Positions 1 to 9,028 of a stretch of DNA of 56,232 nucleotides are shown piece after piece. Each line of letters begins with the position of its first letter. Position 1 is the stretch's first letter. Source of the stretch: a virus (lineage: Duplodnaviria; Caudoviricetes). The notes under the pieces are model-generated. The model was not told where the DNA came from. It was given only the letters and a program-made list of their open reading frames with translations, and ran no database searches. The stretch is taken from IMG/VR virus record IMGVR_UViG_3300028027_000068, positions 1 to 56,232 of that record, one strand, 5' to 3'. Position numbers and translations under genes: made by a program.

Positions 1-23
1 CTATTACTACTAACGGAGAACAT

Positions 24-287
24 ATGTCACTCACAATAAATGCATGGCGCGAACAACGAGCATGCGCAGGAATGCCAACAGCAAATTTCTTTCCACAAAC
101 ACGCGGCATCGCAAAGAAGACGATTGCAGTCTGTGATGAATGCCCAGTCAAATGGGATTGTCTCAACTACGCAATAATTAACGGTATCGAACACGGAATC
201 TGGGGTGGAACAACAGAGACGCAGCGCATCCGTATCATTCGTGCATATCAAAAGCTCGCCGGCCGCCCGGAGCCTGTCGGAATTTAG
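24..287 (+). CDS. whiB: WhiB-family Fe-S transcription factor
   Basis: Four-Cys pattern C-x22-CxxC-x5-C and GIWGG turn motif (HGIWGGTTETQR); GGAG RBS upstream. Confidence 0.92.
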   Translation: MSLTINAWREQRACAGMPTANFFPQTRGIAKKTIAVCDECPVKWDCLNYAIINGIEHGIWGGTTETQRIRIIRAYQKLAGRPEPVGI

Positions 288-294
288 GAGAACA

Positions 295-2259
295 ATGCCA
301 GACAAAGAAGATGTTGGATATGTGTTTATATCCGGTGACCAGTTAGTTCTAGATTTCCCTTACGACAAAGTTCTTGTAGCGAAATTAAAATCAATACCTG
401 GAGCGAAATGGGACAAGCTCTCTAAAGTCTGGCGAGCACCGATGACGTCGGTTGAACAAATACGCGACTATGCAATTAGCGCCGGCATGAATGTTGAGCG
501 AGACATAATTGTGTTCGATGTGCCTAAAGCAAAGAACGAAGCTTTTGGTCTTCGTGAAGATGGAAACTGGATTTATTTGGGCTTTGCTTACGACCCGGTA
601 AAGGTGCGTTCAGTCAAGTCTTTGCCTGGAGTTACGTGGCATGCAAAAACAATGGCATGGCGAGTGCCGTCAACCGCTATCCAGGAAGCAATCACTTGGG
701 CGGACAAGTTTGGCGAAAGCGTGCCAGATGAATTGCGCGGCAAAGCTAAGGAAATATCTGACGAACAAGACAAACGCACAGACGCATCTAGGTCTACCGA
801 CGCAGAAATTCATATCGCCGGCATTACCGGAGAGCTTCTTCCGTATCAGCGAGCTGGTGTTGCTTACGCACTGAACGCAAAACGTTGTTTCATTGCTGAC
901 GACATGGGGCTTGGAAAAACACTGCAGGCCATAGCAACCGTTGAAGCAAACTACGAAGCAGATAGCAAAACGTTTCCCGTTGTTGTTGTATGTCCCCCAA
1001 CTCTTGTTCTTAACTGGGCAAAAGAAATTAACAGGTGGGCCCCCGACAACATAGTGAAGACAATAGTTAACCGTAAGGATTTTCCAGACAAAGATAGCTA
1101 CGACTACTTGATTGTTGGTTATTCCAACATTACTCATTGGGAAAAAGAACTCAGCAACCATTCGTCCTACATCTTCGATGAATCACATTACGCAAAAACA
1201 CCAACGGCGCAGCGAACAAAGAGTGCAATAAAGATTGCAAAGACCGCACACAAAGACGGACTTGTTTTATGTCTTACCGGAACACCGATAACAAACAAGC
1301 CAGCTGAATACGCATCACAGCTTGACATACTTGGGGAACTGAATAAGTTTGGTGGACTGTGGGGCTTTTACCGTCGCTACTGCGGAGCGTTCCGTGACAG
1401 GTTTGGACAGTGGCATATTGACGGCGCGACAAACCTAGAAGAACTAAACAAAACACTTCGGTCGGTTTGTTATATTCGGCGTACCAAGGGCCAGGTTCTT
1501 ACAGAGCTACCTGATGTTCGCCATACGCCCGTCTATATACAGATGGACGCTAAATCAACAGCCGAGTACAAGAAAGCCAAAGACGACATTGTTAAGTATG
1601 TGATGGAGCGCGCTAAAGAGATTGCTAAAGAACTCGGTGAACCAGTTGGTTCTAGTGCGGTGCGAGCAAAGATACGTGCCGAATCAAACGAGCACCTTGT
1701 ACGCATATCGGTATTGCGACGATTGGCCGCAAAGTCCAAGACAAAAGCCGTAGAAGAGTTTGTTGATTCACTTAAAGACGCTGGGGAGAAGTGTGTGATA
1801 GCCGCTCATCACCGGGAGATAGTTAGCGACCTCGCAGCGAAGTACGGGAATCGAAAGATTCAAGGTGGTATGGACGTTGCTGAAATCGAAGTAATGAAAC
1901 AAGAGTTCCAAGAGATGTCTACCGAAGATGCGCCGGTAATTGTTTTATCAATACAGGCAGCAAAAACAGGGCATACTCTGACCGCGGCGTCTAACGTTTT
2001 GTTCGTTGAGCTCCCCTGGACACCCGCCGATGTTGACCAAACTTATAGTCGATGCCACCGGTTAGGCCAAAAAAACGCCGTAAACGCAATTTATTTTCTA
2101 GCAGAAAATACCATCGATGAGGAAATTTTCTCTTTAATTGCCCAGAAACGAGACGTTGTAACCGCTGCAACTGAAGGGTTTGCGGCAGAATCTACAACAG
2201 AAACAGTTGCACAAAAGCTCATAATGGACTTATTTGATTTAGGCGTAGCTACAGCTTAA
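295..2259 (+). CDS. SNF2-family helicase with two N-terminal HARP-like repeats (SMARCAL1-like)
   Basis: LLPYQ, ADDMGLGKT, VCPPT, DESH, LTGTP, QxxxRCHRLGQ motifs; start moved to ATG 295 behind AGGAG. Confidence 0.9.
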   Translation: MPDKEDVGYVFISGDQLVLDFPYDKVLVAKLKSIPGAKWDKLSKVWRAPMTSVEQIRDYAISAGMNVERDIIVFDVPKAKNEAFGLREDGNWIYLGFAYDPVKVRSVKSLPGVTWHAKTMAWRVPSTAIQEAITWADKFGESVPDELRGKAKEISDEQDKRTDASRSTDAEIHIAGITGELLPYQRAGVAYALNAKRCFIADDMGLGKTLQAIATVEANYEADSKTFPVVVVCPPTLVLNWAKEINRWAPDNIVKTIVNRKDFPDKDSYDYLIVGYSNITHWEKELSNHSSYIFDESHYAKTPTAQRTKSAIKIAKTAHKDGLVLCLTGTPITNKPAEYASQLDILGELNKFGGLWGFYRRYCGAFRDRFGQWHIDGATNLEELNKTLRSVCYIRRTKGQVLTELPDVRHTPVYIQMDAKSTAEYKKAKDDIVKYVMERAKEIAKELGEPVGSSAVRAKIRAESNEHLVRISVLRRLAAKSKTKAVEEFVDSLKDAGEKCVIAAHHREIVSDLAAKYGNRKIQGGMDVAEIEVMKQEFQEMSTEDAPVIVLSIQAAKTGHTLTAASNVLFVELPWTPADVDQTYSRCHRLGQKNAVNAIYFLAENTIDEEIFSLIAQKRDVVTAATEGFAAESTTETVAQKLIMDLFDLGVATA

Positions 2260-2260
2260 G

Positions 2261-2289
2261 TTGACAACCCGAAACTGCTAGGGTATAAT
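2261..2289 (+). promoter_or_regulatory. Perfect sigma70-type promoter
   Basis: TTGACA (2261-2266), 17 nt, TATAAT (2284-2289), upstream of the muralytic enzyme gene. Confidence 0.85.
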
Positions 2290-2372
2290 TTACAGATACC
2301 ACTACTGCCATAGTACGGGCCGCGAGGCTTAGCCCCACCCGTCGTCCCTATCCCTCTACAGAAGGAATCTGT

Positions 2373-3356
2373 ATGACTATTCGTCGTCTATTTATATCTA
2401 TTTGTGTTACGTCACTGCTTGTAGGTCTTATACCTGCACCGGTGCTAGCTGTAGATGCAACAACTGAAACAACCGTTCCAGTTAAGCGTCCACAGACGAA
2501 GCCTCTTGATTCTGTTTGGTACTTACGGGTAATGCCTACTAGTACGATTCACCCGGAATTGATTGAGCAATTACGTACCCGTAAGGCTGGTTCGGTAAAG
2601 TTTTGGGAGGCAGTCTCCTGGTGCGAAACTAATCACAAATGGAATGACGGCGGATATTTCTCTGGCGGCCTGGGTATGGCTCAGTCTGTATGGGAAGGCT
2701 ACGGTGGACGACAGTTTGCGTCTCGTCCATCTAAAGCAACCAAGGAAGAGCAGATTATTGTTGGTAACCGCATGGCGTTTTTGGGCTATCAAACAAAGAA
2801 CATATTTCGTACTCTTGAGGACAAGTTAAACAACCGCCCTTTCTTCCGCCCTGCTATTGGGTGGCGTAGTTCAAGCAATTGGGGCAAGGGTTGTGCTAAC
2901 TGGAAGACCCGTAAACCATTGCGAGACAGGTACACCGAGGCAGGCATGGCCGAATGGCTAAAGACTCGTCCGGTATCGAACAGCTCAGTGAAGGCAGCGG
3001 AAGTGCGCGGAAAAGTTTCTTCTCAAGGTCTCCGTAGCGCGGAGGTCAAGAGTTGCCCTCAGTGGGAAAAGCAACTCAAAGCAAACGGTTTGACACCCGT
3101 CAAGAAGTTTAGTTACATAATGTGGCGTGAGAGCCGCTGTCAAGAAAAAGTTGTTTCTAAGAAAAACTCAAACGGCACGAGGGATTATGGTTTACTCCAA
3201 ATCAACTCGTCATGGCGAACAGTGACCAGGAACGTGTGCGGTGGGAAGACTCTTGATGTTCTTCTTGACAACCGATGCAATCTCAAGGTAGCCAAGTACC
3301 TCTTAGACAATGGCGGCATTGGTCATTGGTCGGCCACTTCGGGCTCAGCAAACTAA
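2373..3356 (+). CDS. Secreted peptidoglycan hydrolase: Rpf-like transglycosylase plus C-terminal lysozyme/SLT-like domain
   Basis: Signal peptide; WEAVSWCET...GGL...W..YGG...ATKEEQI (Rpf-like); IMWRESRC...NSNGTRDYGLLQINS (SLT/lysozyme-like). Confidence 0.82.
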   Translation: MTIRRLFISICVTSLLVGLIPAPVLAVDATTETTVPVKRPQTKPLDSVWYLRVMPTSTIHPELIEQLRTRKAGSVKFWEAVSWCETNHKWNDGGYFSGGLGMAQSVWEGYGGRQFASRPSKATKEEQIIVGNRMAFLGYQTKNIFRTLEDKLNNRPFFRPAIGWRSSSNWGKGCANWKTRKPLRDRYTEAGMAEWLKTRPVSNSSVKAAEVRGKVSSQGLRSAEVKSCPQWEKQLKANGLTPVKKFSYIMWRESRCQEKVVSKKNSNGTRDYGLLQINSSWRTVTRNVCGGKTLDVLLDNRCNLKVAKYLLDNGGIGHWSATSGSAN

Positions 3357-3500
3357 CTAAGGCTTACCAATTGTGCGGTAAGCAGCGTAAGCGCTAAACC
3401 CGACAGCAAGCGCGGCAAACAGCGGTGGGAGCAGCAGCACGTATACGCCACTGAGAGTCATTATAAGCGTCCAAATTAGGCGGCGGTCTTCCTGGGTCAT
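3357..3500 (-). CDS. Small membrane protein (47 aa)
   Basis: Read by eye: MTQEDRRLIWTLIMTLSGVYVLLLPPLFAALAVG..., hydrophobic, directly after 3503-3715. Confidence 0.5.
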   Translation of the reverse strand: MTQEDRRLIWTLIMTLSGVYVLLLPPLFAALAVGFSAYAAYRTIGKP

Positions 3501-3502
3501 AA

Positions 3503-3715
3503 TCAGAGTTTAATGCCGTACGTCTTGCGATAGTACGCCATCAGGGCCTTCTCTGCCTTAGGGGTGCCATGGGTGCTGTAAACACGCCCACCAAGCGCTT
3601 CCGGGGGCATGATTTTGTACGTATTGTTCTTCGCGTGAAGCACTTTAAACCCAAGGCGAGACAGCTCCGAGAAGAGCTCCTTGATTGCTTTAGTACCATG
3701 ATTCCTTGCGGCCAC
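3503..3715 (-). CDS. HicA-like protein
   Basis: 70 aa basic protein, L...GF.V...NNTYKI.P.....STHGTP pattern like actinophage HicA-like proteins; AGGAG RBS before GTG. Confidence 0.55.
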   Translation of the reverse strand: MAARNHGTKAIKELFSELSRLGFKVLHAKNNTYKIMPPEALGGRVYSTHGTPKAEKALMAYYRKTYGIKL

Positions 3716-3861
3716 AGTATTCTCCTTTTGTTTCGGTCCTCCTATTAAACAGGATATTTACTGAAATTGCAAATCTAAAGAATTTCTTATTTGGGGGTTG
3801 CACATTAACCAGCTTCGTGGATATGGTGTCTGTACCCCATCAACAAGTTAAAGGAACAGTT

Positions 3862-4092
3862 ATGACGGAATATCAAGAAATAATCGCAGACAAAACAAAG
3901 TCAAAGCGAGGACGCAAGCCGCTGCCAGCCGCAGAAAAGGCACGCCGTATGGAAATCCAGAAGGAAAAGAACCGCCTTCGCCAGGAAGCTCGCCGCCGGG
4001 CATCACTCGTGCTTCAGCATCGCTATGCAGATGAATTCGACGCTCTCTACAAGGTAGAGTTTGCAAACATCGAATTGACTAAACAGTCATAA
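3862..4092 (+). CDS. Small basic DNA-binding protein (AT-hook-like KRGRKP plus helix)
   Basis: ATG 3862 behind AAGGA; followed by a terminator hairpin. Confidence 0.6.
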   Translation: MTEYQEIIADKTKSKRGRKPLPAAEKARRMEIQKEKNRLRQEARRRASLVLQHRYADEFDALYKVEFANIELTKQS

Positions 4093-4124
4093 GACCTCAT
4101 GCAGCCGTTTAGGCTGTATGTACC

Positions 4125-4170
4125 GAAGAGACCCCTGGACACGCCCCCCTTTAGTTCAGGGGTCTTTTCA
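4125..4170 (+). terminator. Rho-independent terminator
   Basis: aagagacccctggac...gttcaggggtctttt inverted repeat ending in a T run. Confidence 0.65.
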
Positions 4171-4171
4171 C

Positions 4172-4245
4172 GGGCCCTTAGCTCAGTTGGTTAGAGCGCC
4201 GGACTCATAATCCGTCAGTCCTGGGTTCAAGTCCCAGAGGGCCCA
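4172..4245 (+). tRNA. tRNA-CAT, probably tRNA-Ile2 (lysidine type)
   Basis: GGGCCCT acceptor, TAGCTCAGTTGGTTAGAGC D arm, CT-CAT-AA loop, GGTTCAAGTCC T arm; resembles ileX-type tRNAs; no encoded CCA. Confidence 0.9.
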
Positions 4246-4306
4246 CTCATAAGAAAGAAAAACTTAAACAATGAACACACAGTTTCGAATATGCGCTTAA
4301 TCACTC

Positions 4307-4379
4307 GGGCTAGTAGCTCAGTGGTAAGAGCAGCACTCTTATAAGGTGCTGGCCGCGGGTTCAATTCCCGCCTAGCCCA
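4307..4379 (+). tRNA. tRNA-Ile(TAT)
   Basis: GGGCTAG/CTAGCCC acceptor, gcact-CT-TAT-AA-ggtgc anticodon arm, GGTTCAATTCC T arm. Confidence 0.9.
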
Positions 4380-4398
4380 CTACACCTATACTGTCGTT

Positions 4399-4722
4399 AT
4401 GGTTATTGACCTCGACAAAAACACCTTCCACGAACTAATCGGCAGCTCAGTCAAGCCGGTAGTAGTCCAAGTATGGGCTGCATGGTGTGGACCGTGCCAG
4501 TACTTCAAACCAATCATGGAGCAGATTGCTGCCGAGTATGGAGAAGATATTGAAGTAGCGCGTCTGAATCTAGACGAAGAGATTGAAACAGCCAGAGAGC
4601 TGAACGTAATGGACATCCCAACTGTTATCGTTTTCAATAACGGTCGTCAAGACAAGGTAATCGTCGGAGCTCACGAAAAAGACGACATGGTTACTTACTT
4701 GGACAAGTATCTAACCCGTTAG
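4399..4722 (+). CDS. trxA: Thioredoxin
   Basis: WAAWCGPC active site, IPT motif, 107 aa. Confidence 0.93.
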   Translation: MVIDLDKNTFHELIGSSVKPVVVQVWAAWCGPCQYFKPIMEQIAAEYGEDIEVARLNLDEEIETARELNVMDIPTVIVFNNGRQDKVIVGAHEKDDMVTYLDKYLTR

Positions 4723-5165
4723 AGGGTTTCTTCTCGCTTCTTCCATGTCAGTTCTGGAGTTGCGTAATAAGTAGTGAACTGCATCCGGTAGTCAGCAATG
4801 TCTTTGTTGCGTACCCATGTCCACGCGTACGGGCAACATGGAGGAGTAGCGATGCCGTCGTCTGAGTCGTGTTCGTTGCGGTTTGGATGGCCGCCGTTTA
4901 CCCGGGCAATCTTTGCCAACGCAGGAAACGTATCAAGCAACTTTACGCAGCAGTCATGACACATGTGCACCATGTAAGGAGATGAGTCATACTCAGCAAT
5001 GCTGTCTACGCTGCCGAGGTCACGGTCAGGGATGCAGTCTGTAAACCCTCCATAGTGGCCAAGCGAAAGCCAGTCAAAGCTCCAGCCATAATCAATGTAG
5101 TTGCCTTCTTGCGGGTCTGAATCTTGAGCGACACCACATAGGTCGCACGTCTTTGTCTGTTGCAT
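4719..5165 (-). CDS. Cys-rich hypothetical protein (probable zinc binding)
   Basis: CxxC, CHDCC, CC motifs; leaderless TACACT 7 nt upstream. Confidence 0.6.
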   Translation of the reverse strand: MQQTKTCDLCGVAQDSDPQEGNYIDYGWSFDWLSLGHYGGFTDCIPDRDLGSVDSIAEYDSSPYMVHMCHDCCVKLLDTFPALAKIARVNGGHPNRNEHDSDDGIATPPCCPYAWTWVRNKDIADYRMQFTTYYATPELTWKKREETL

Positions 5166-5210
5166 GTTACACAGTGTAACGCGTAGCTATTAAACAACAA
5201 CCCGTACAAC

Positions 5211-5242
5211 AAAAAAGCCCGACCCCACTAGGAGGCCGGGCT
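5211..5242 (-). terminator. Rho-independent terminator
   Basis: Minus strand agcccggcctcc-tagt-ggggtcgggct-ttttt. Confidence 0.75.
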
Positions 5243-5258
5243 AGTTCGCAGTTCTGAA

Positions 5259-6146
5259 TTAGAACAATTTTGCTTTAGTGGAGATTTGTGGCCACTCGGA
5301 GATTGATGTCCATGGACGCATCACCTTAATCTCTTGACCTTCTACCCATGAATTGAATCCACGAATATAGGTTGCAAGGTTGTCAGTGGTGACTCCACCG
5401 TTCTTGGTATCTCCGTTGCGGATTACCCAGTTGCGAAGTGCAAGACGTGGGTCGCCGGCGGTCATTGCTTCACCTGTAACCATTGCGTTAAGGAAGGCTT
5501 CGACTGTTTCGCGCTCTCCGCGCTCTTTAGCAACCATTCCAGCAAAGATAATCCACGCTGTACGGATGCCACCGATTGCGGAGTTAACCAAGCGACCGTG
5601 AGAGTATGCCCATTGAACGTCGTCAAAGTTTTCGCGCGTGTAGTTGAGCACGTCTTCGCCGCTGACAAGCTGAAGGTTGTCCCTGTTGCGAGGGTTAAGT
5701 CCAGCCTCCAAGACGATGAAGTACTTCACGGCAGGAGCGATATGCGAACCGCCCTTAATGCCGGCCATAGATAGAACATCGTGGTTGCCACGAGCTTTGC
5801 CGCGGTCGATAACCGAGAACACTGACTCATCAAGGTCAGACACGGCAAGAGTCTTGAACGGAAGTCCTGATTCTACGCAGGCGATAAGACGGTGCTGACC
5901 GTCAAGCAGGCGTACTTCGCCGGTAAGCGGATTGAGAGAGGTCTTGATTGACTCTCCGTTGACTTTCCATTGACTGCGCTTCATTGCATCCGTATACATG
6001 CGAACACGAGTGCGACTAATAGGGCGATTTTGTGTGTTGGACTTCAGGAGAAGTTCAGCCATCGCTGGGGTGATTGTGACGATTGACACGTTCGGGTCTT
6101 GTGAGACCTTAGTGAACATGCCCTTAAGTGGGTTATTGATATCCAT
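5259..6146 (-). CDS. ParB-like / DGQHR-domain protein
   Basis: ITPAMAELLL..N..NRPIS, W..NGE, LLDGQHRL; start reassigned to ATG 6146 downstream of TTGACG-17-TTTAAT. Confidence 0.75.
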   Translation of the reverse strand: MDINNPLKGMFTKVSQDPNVSIVTITPAMAELLLKSNTQNRPISRTRVRMYTDAMKRSQWKVNGESIKTSLNPLTGEVRLLDGQHRLIACVESGLPFKTLAVSDLDESVFSVIDRGKARGNHDVLSMAGIKGGSHIAPAVKYFIVLEAGLNPRNRDNLQLVSGEDVLNYTRENFDDVQWAYSHGRLVNSAIGGIRTAWIIFAGMVAKERGERETVEAFLNAMVTGEAMTAGDPRLALRNWVIRNGDTKNGGVTTDNLATYIRGFNSWVEGQEIKVMRPWTSISEWPQISTKAKLF

Positions 6147-6206
6147 GAGCACTATTAAACAGGGTCCGGATAAGAACGTCAACCCCTATTCGAGAATTTT
6201 TTCTAA

Positions 6207-7121
6207 CTAAATAACCGGAGGGTTGAGAACGCTCTCAAAGAAGGAATGAATTTCCTTAACGATTAGTCCTCGGTCACTGGAGTCGATAGTTATATCTTCA
6301 AGACTAGTTACGTCAATCTGACGCTCAGTGAACACAGGACGCCCGTTATCCAAGTAGCGATACTGCGCAGTAGTTGTAACTATGGGCTCGTTATGGCCAT
6401 AGGTAATGCTTGATACAGCTTGATATACGTCGCTATCGGGCCTAGTGAGAAAGTCTTCTCCAAGGTTTGTACCAGAAAACTCAACTACTTCTTCAATGCT
6501 CTTGAATTCACGAACATAGGTATCCGACACAAGGGAGATGATTGTTGGTTCGCCGTAGAGTGCATAACAATCGACCAGCATCTTTCGAATAACCATAAAC
6601 GCATCCTCGTCTTCGTCGACAAATATTGGACAAAGATTGATTGAGTAGTCCTCAAGTGAAGACACGTCGTTATTAATTGGAGCCGCCATATAAATCAGTG
6701 TTGCCGGAATATCTATCGGGCCGCCAGCATCGTGGCACGCTTCAATCTTTTGCATCTCAATACGGGATGTCATCTGTATCGCAATACCGGCAAGTGCCCG
6801 TACTCGCAGCGATTCCCCCTCTAGTGCTGGAATGTTGTCGATGCCGCTGTGCTCTTCAAAGTGACTCATAGCTACGTTGAGAAAAACCGTGTTTTGCATA
6901 AATTCAAGCATTTCCATCGTGAAGTCGCCGTCACTCTTCATTACTTGATAGATAAAGCGCATTTTGTCTTCGGTCTCTGGGTCGTCATAGATATCCCACC
7001 CGTTACTCTCCGTCACCTGGTGAATGAAGCTATTTAGCGTTTCCATGATGCTTGATGACTCAGCGCCACCAACTTCACACATCTCTTTAAAGGTCATTGT
7101 TTCGTCGTCGTAATTAAACAT
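6207..7121 (-). CDS. Acidic hypothetical protein
   Basis: Long ORF; likely start MFNYDD at 7121, 6 nt after TATATT. Confidence 0.65.
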   Translation of the reverse strand: MFNYDDETMTFKEMCEVGGAESSSIMETLNSFIHQVTESNGWDIYDDPETEDKMRFIYQVMKSDGDFTMEMLEFMQNTVFLNVAMSHFEEHSGIDNIPALEGESLRVRALAGIAIQMTSRIEMQKIEACHDAGGPIDIPATLIYMAAPINNDVSSLEDYSINLCPIFVDEDEDAFMVIRKMLVDCYALYGEPTIISLVSDTYVREFKSIEEVVEFSGTNLGEDFLTRPDSDVYQAVSSITYGHNEPIVTTTAQYRYLDNGRPVFTERQIDVTSLEDITIDSSDRGLIVKEIHSFFESVLNPPVI

Positions 7122-7206
7122 GGAGCAAATATACGCGAGTTGCACTAATAAAGCAAGGCGGTCACATACAATTTGGATAAATTGAGTAGAAATGACAGAG
7201 GGCTTT

Positions 7207-8235
7207 ATGGCACATGAATTAGACTTCACAAAAGACGGCAAAGCAAGAATGGCATACGCCGGCCATGTGGTCCCTTGGCATCGTCTTGGCACCTCTGTCC
7301 GTGAGCTACAGACCGTAGAGGCAATGCTTGCAGCCTCGTATACCGATTACGACGTGATTCTAACTAAAGTCGCAGCAGTTGACGACAATGGCGAACTAAT
7401 AAGAAACACTGATGGCAAACCCGTAATGATTGAGGATTCGCGCGCAACCCTACGCATGGATACCGACGGCACGTTTGACGCCCTGGCTACTGTCGGAACC
7501 CGTTATGAGGTTCGCCAAAACAGAGAGGTACTGGAGCGCGCCATGGCCGTTATCGGAGCTTCTGATGGAGACGCGGTAATAGACACCTGCGGAGCCCTTC
7601 GTGGTGGAGCTCGGTTCTTTGCGACCATAGACCTTGGCGCAATTGTTGTTGACCCGGCTGGTGTTAACGACAAGATTGCTCGCTACCTGGTTGTATCAAC
7701 TGGGCATGATGGCATCTGGCCGATTCGCTACGCAAACACCGACATTCGGGCCGTATGTAATAACACTGTTGTTCTTGGTCTCCGCGAAGCGCAGCGCGTG
7801 TTCACTGCTCGTCACACTCGTAACGTCGACTTTGCAATGGATGATGCGCGAACAGTTCTCAACCTCTCTACCGCGTGGTCTGAAGCGTTCACCCGGCAAG
7901 CAGAACAAATGCTACGTATCAATACGTCTCCTGCAACAGGGAACATAGACAAGGTTCTCAATGGTTTGTACCCAATTAAGTCAGAAGAGACGGAGAGGCA
8001 ACGCCGGCGTCGTGAAGGAATACATGACACCATTCGCGCCCTGTATTCAACAGACAAAAACGCTGCACGTTTCGGACACAATGGATGGGCGCTAGTTAAT
8101 GCAATTGGTGAATACTTAGACCACTTTCGCGAATCAACTCCGATGGAGCGCGCTGCAGCAAGTATGGACGACACTTCTCACGCAACACGTATGAAATTGC
8201 AAGCGTACGACCTGGTGTTATCATTGAGTCGATGA
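7207..8235 (+). CDS. DUF932-family phage/plasmid protein
   Basis: MAHEL...PWHRLGT N-terminus, GALRGGARFF, IRAVCNNT, RHT motifs. Confidence 0.85.
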   Translation: MAHELDFTKDGKARMAYAGHVVPWHRLGTSVRELQTVEAMLAASYTDYDVILTKVAAVDDNGELIRNTDGKPVMIEDSRATLRMDTDGTFDALATVGTRYEVRQNREVLERAMAVIGASDGDAVIDTCGALRGGARFFATIDLGAIVVDPAGVNDKIARYLVVSTGHDGIWPIRYANTDIRAVCNNTVVLGLREAQRVFTARHTRNVDFAMDDARTVLNLSTAWSEAFTRQAEQMLRINTSPATGNIDKVLNGLYPIKSEETERQRRRREGIHDTIRALYSTDKNAARFGHNGWALVNAIGEYLDHFRESTPMERAAASMDDTSHATRMKLQAYDLVLSLSR

Positions 8236-8702
8236 GTGATAACAGCTTCGACGGTGATGATGACTTCCTAGAAGACGACTTTGACGGCGAATCATTTATG
8301 GAACAGTTGATTAGTTTCAAGCCATCAATGATGGATGAGTACAACAACGAAGACGGTGTATTTAATTCTTTAAATGACATCGCTCAGTTCGTTAAAGAAC
8401 ATTACGGAGACGGCGGCATGTACTCACTGATGTGTGCAGTAGAAGCACAGACTGGGTGGAGCCTAGAAATAGTTGGCTCAAAGAGTGACCTTGAGCAATC
8501 GTTATGGAACCAGTACGGCATATTTGATGAACGCGCATGGCTAAAGGCTCGCAATTCCCCATACTGGGACATGATGGTTAGGGAAGTGTATTCCGTATCA
8601 AATACTTGGCAGCAACATATCGTTGCATCGATAGCCGACAAGCAGGTACCATTCCCCGTACGAATCAAACACGCATGGCGGGTATTGACGCGACGCTTCT
8701 AA
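8232..8702 (+). CDS. Hypothetical protein
   Basis: 156 aa ORF, ATGA-coupled to upstream gene. Confidence 0.65.
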   Translation: MSDNSFDGDDDFLEDDFDGESFMEQLISFKPSMMDEYNNEDGVFNSLNDIAQFVKEHYGDGGMYSLMCAVEAQTGWSLEIVGSKSDLEQSLWNQYGIFDERAWLKARNSPYWDMMVREVYSVSNTWQQHIVASIADKQVPFPVRIKHAWRVLTRRF

Positions 8703-8737
8703 TGCTTTAGAGTCGCTCAATTGCGGCAAGGAGCATT

Positions 8738-9028
8738 ATGCAATTGGACAATCCACCACGTAACGGAGCATGCACCGGCAAACCCGTTAGCTGGTTTTAT
8801 CCGGACCCTAGAGGGCGTGGGATTACCCGTGAAGCTCGACTTGCTTTACAAACTTGTAAGTCGTGCGCGGTAAAGGACGACTGCGGAAACTATGCACTCA
8901 AATGGGAACTTCACGGCATATGGGGCGGCATGACCGAACGTGAACGACACGTAATTCGCAATCAACTCGGAATTATGCTAGAAATTCCTGGCTACCAAGA
9001 CCCAATACTCACCAGGAAACGTAAATGA
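8738..9028 (+). CDS. whiB: WhiB-family transcription factor (second copy)
   Basis: C...CKSC...C and HGIWGGMTERER. Confidence 0.92.
   Translation: MQLDNPPRNGACTGKPVSWFYPDPRGRGITREARLALQTCKSCAVKDDCGNYALKWELHGIWGGMTERERHVIRNQLGIMLEIPGYQDPILTRKRK

Noticed and set aside
7122-7292. N-terminal extension of the 361 aa ORF
   Set aside because: Overlaps the divergent DUF932 gene; leaderless start at 7121 fits better
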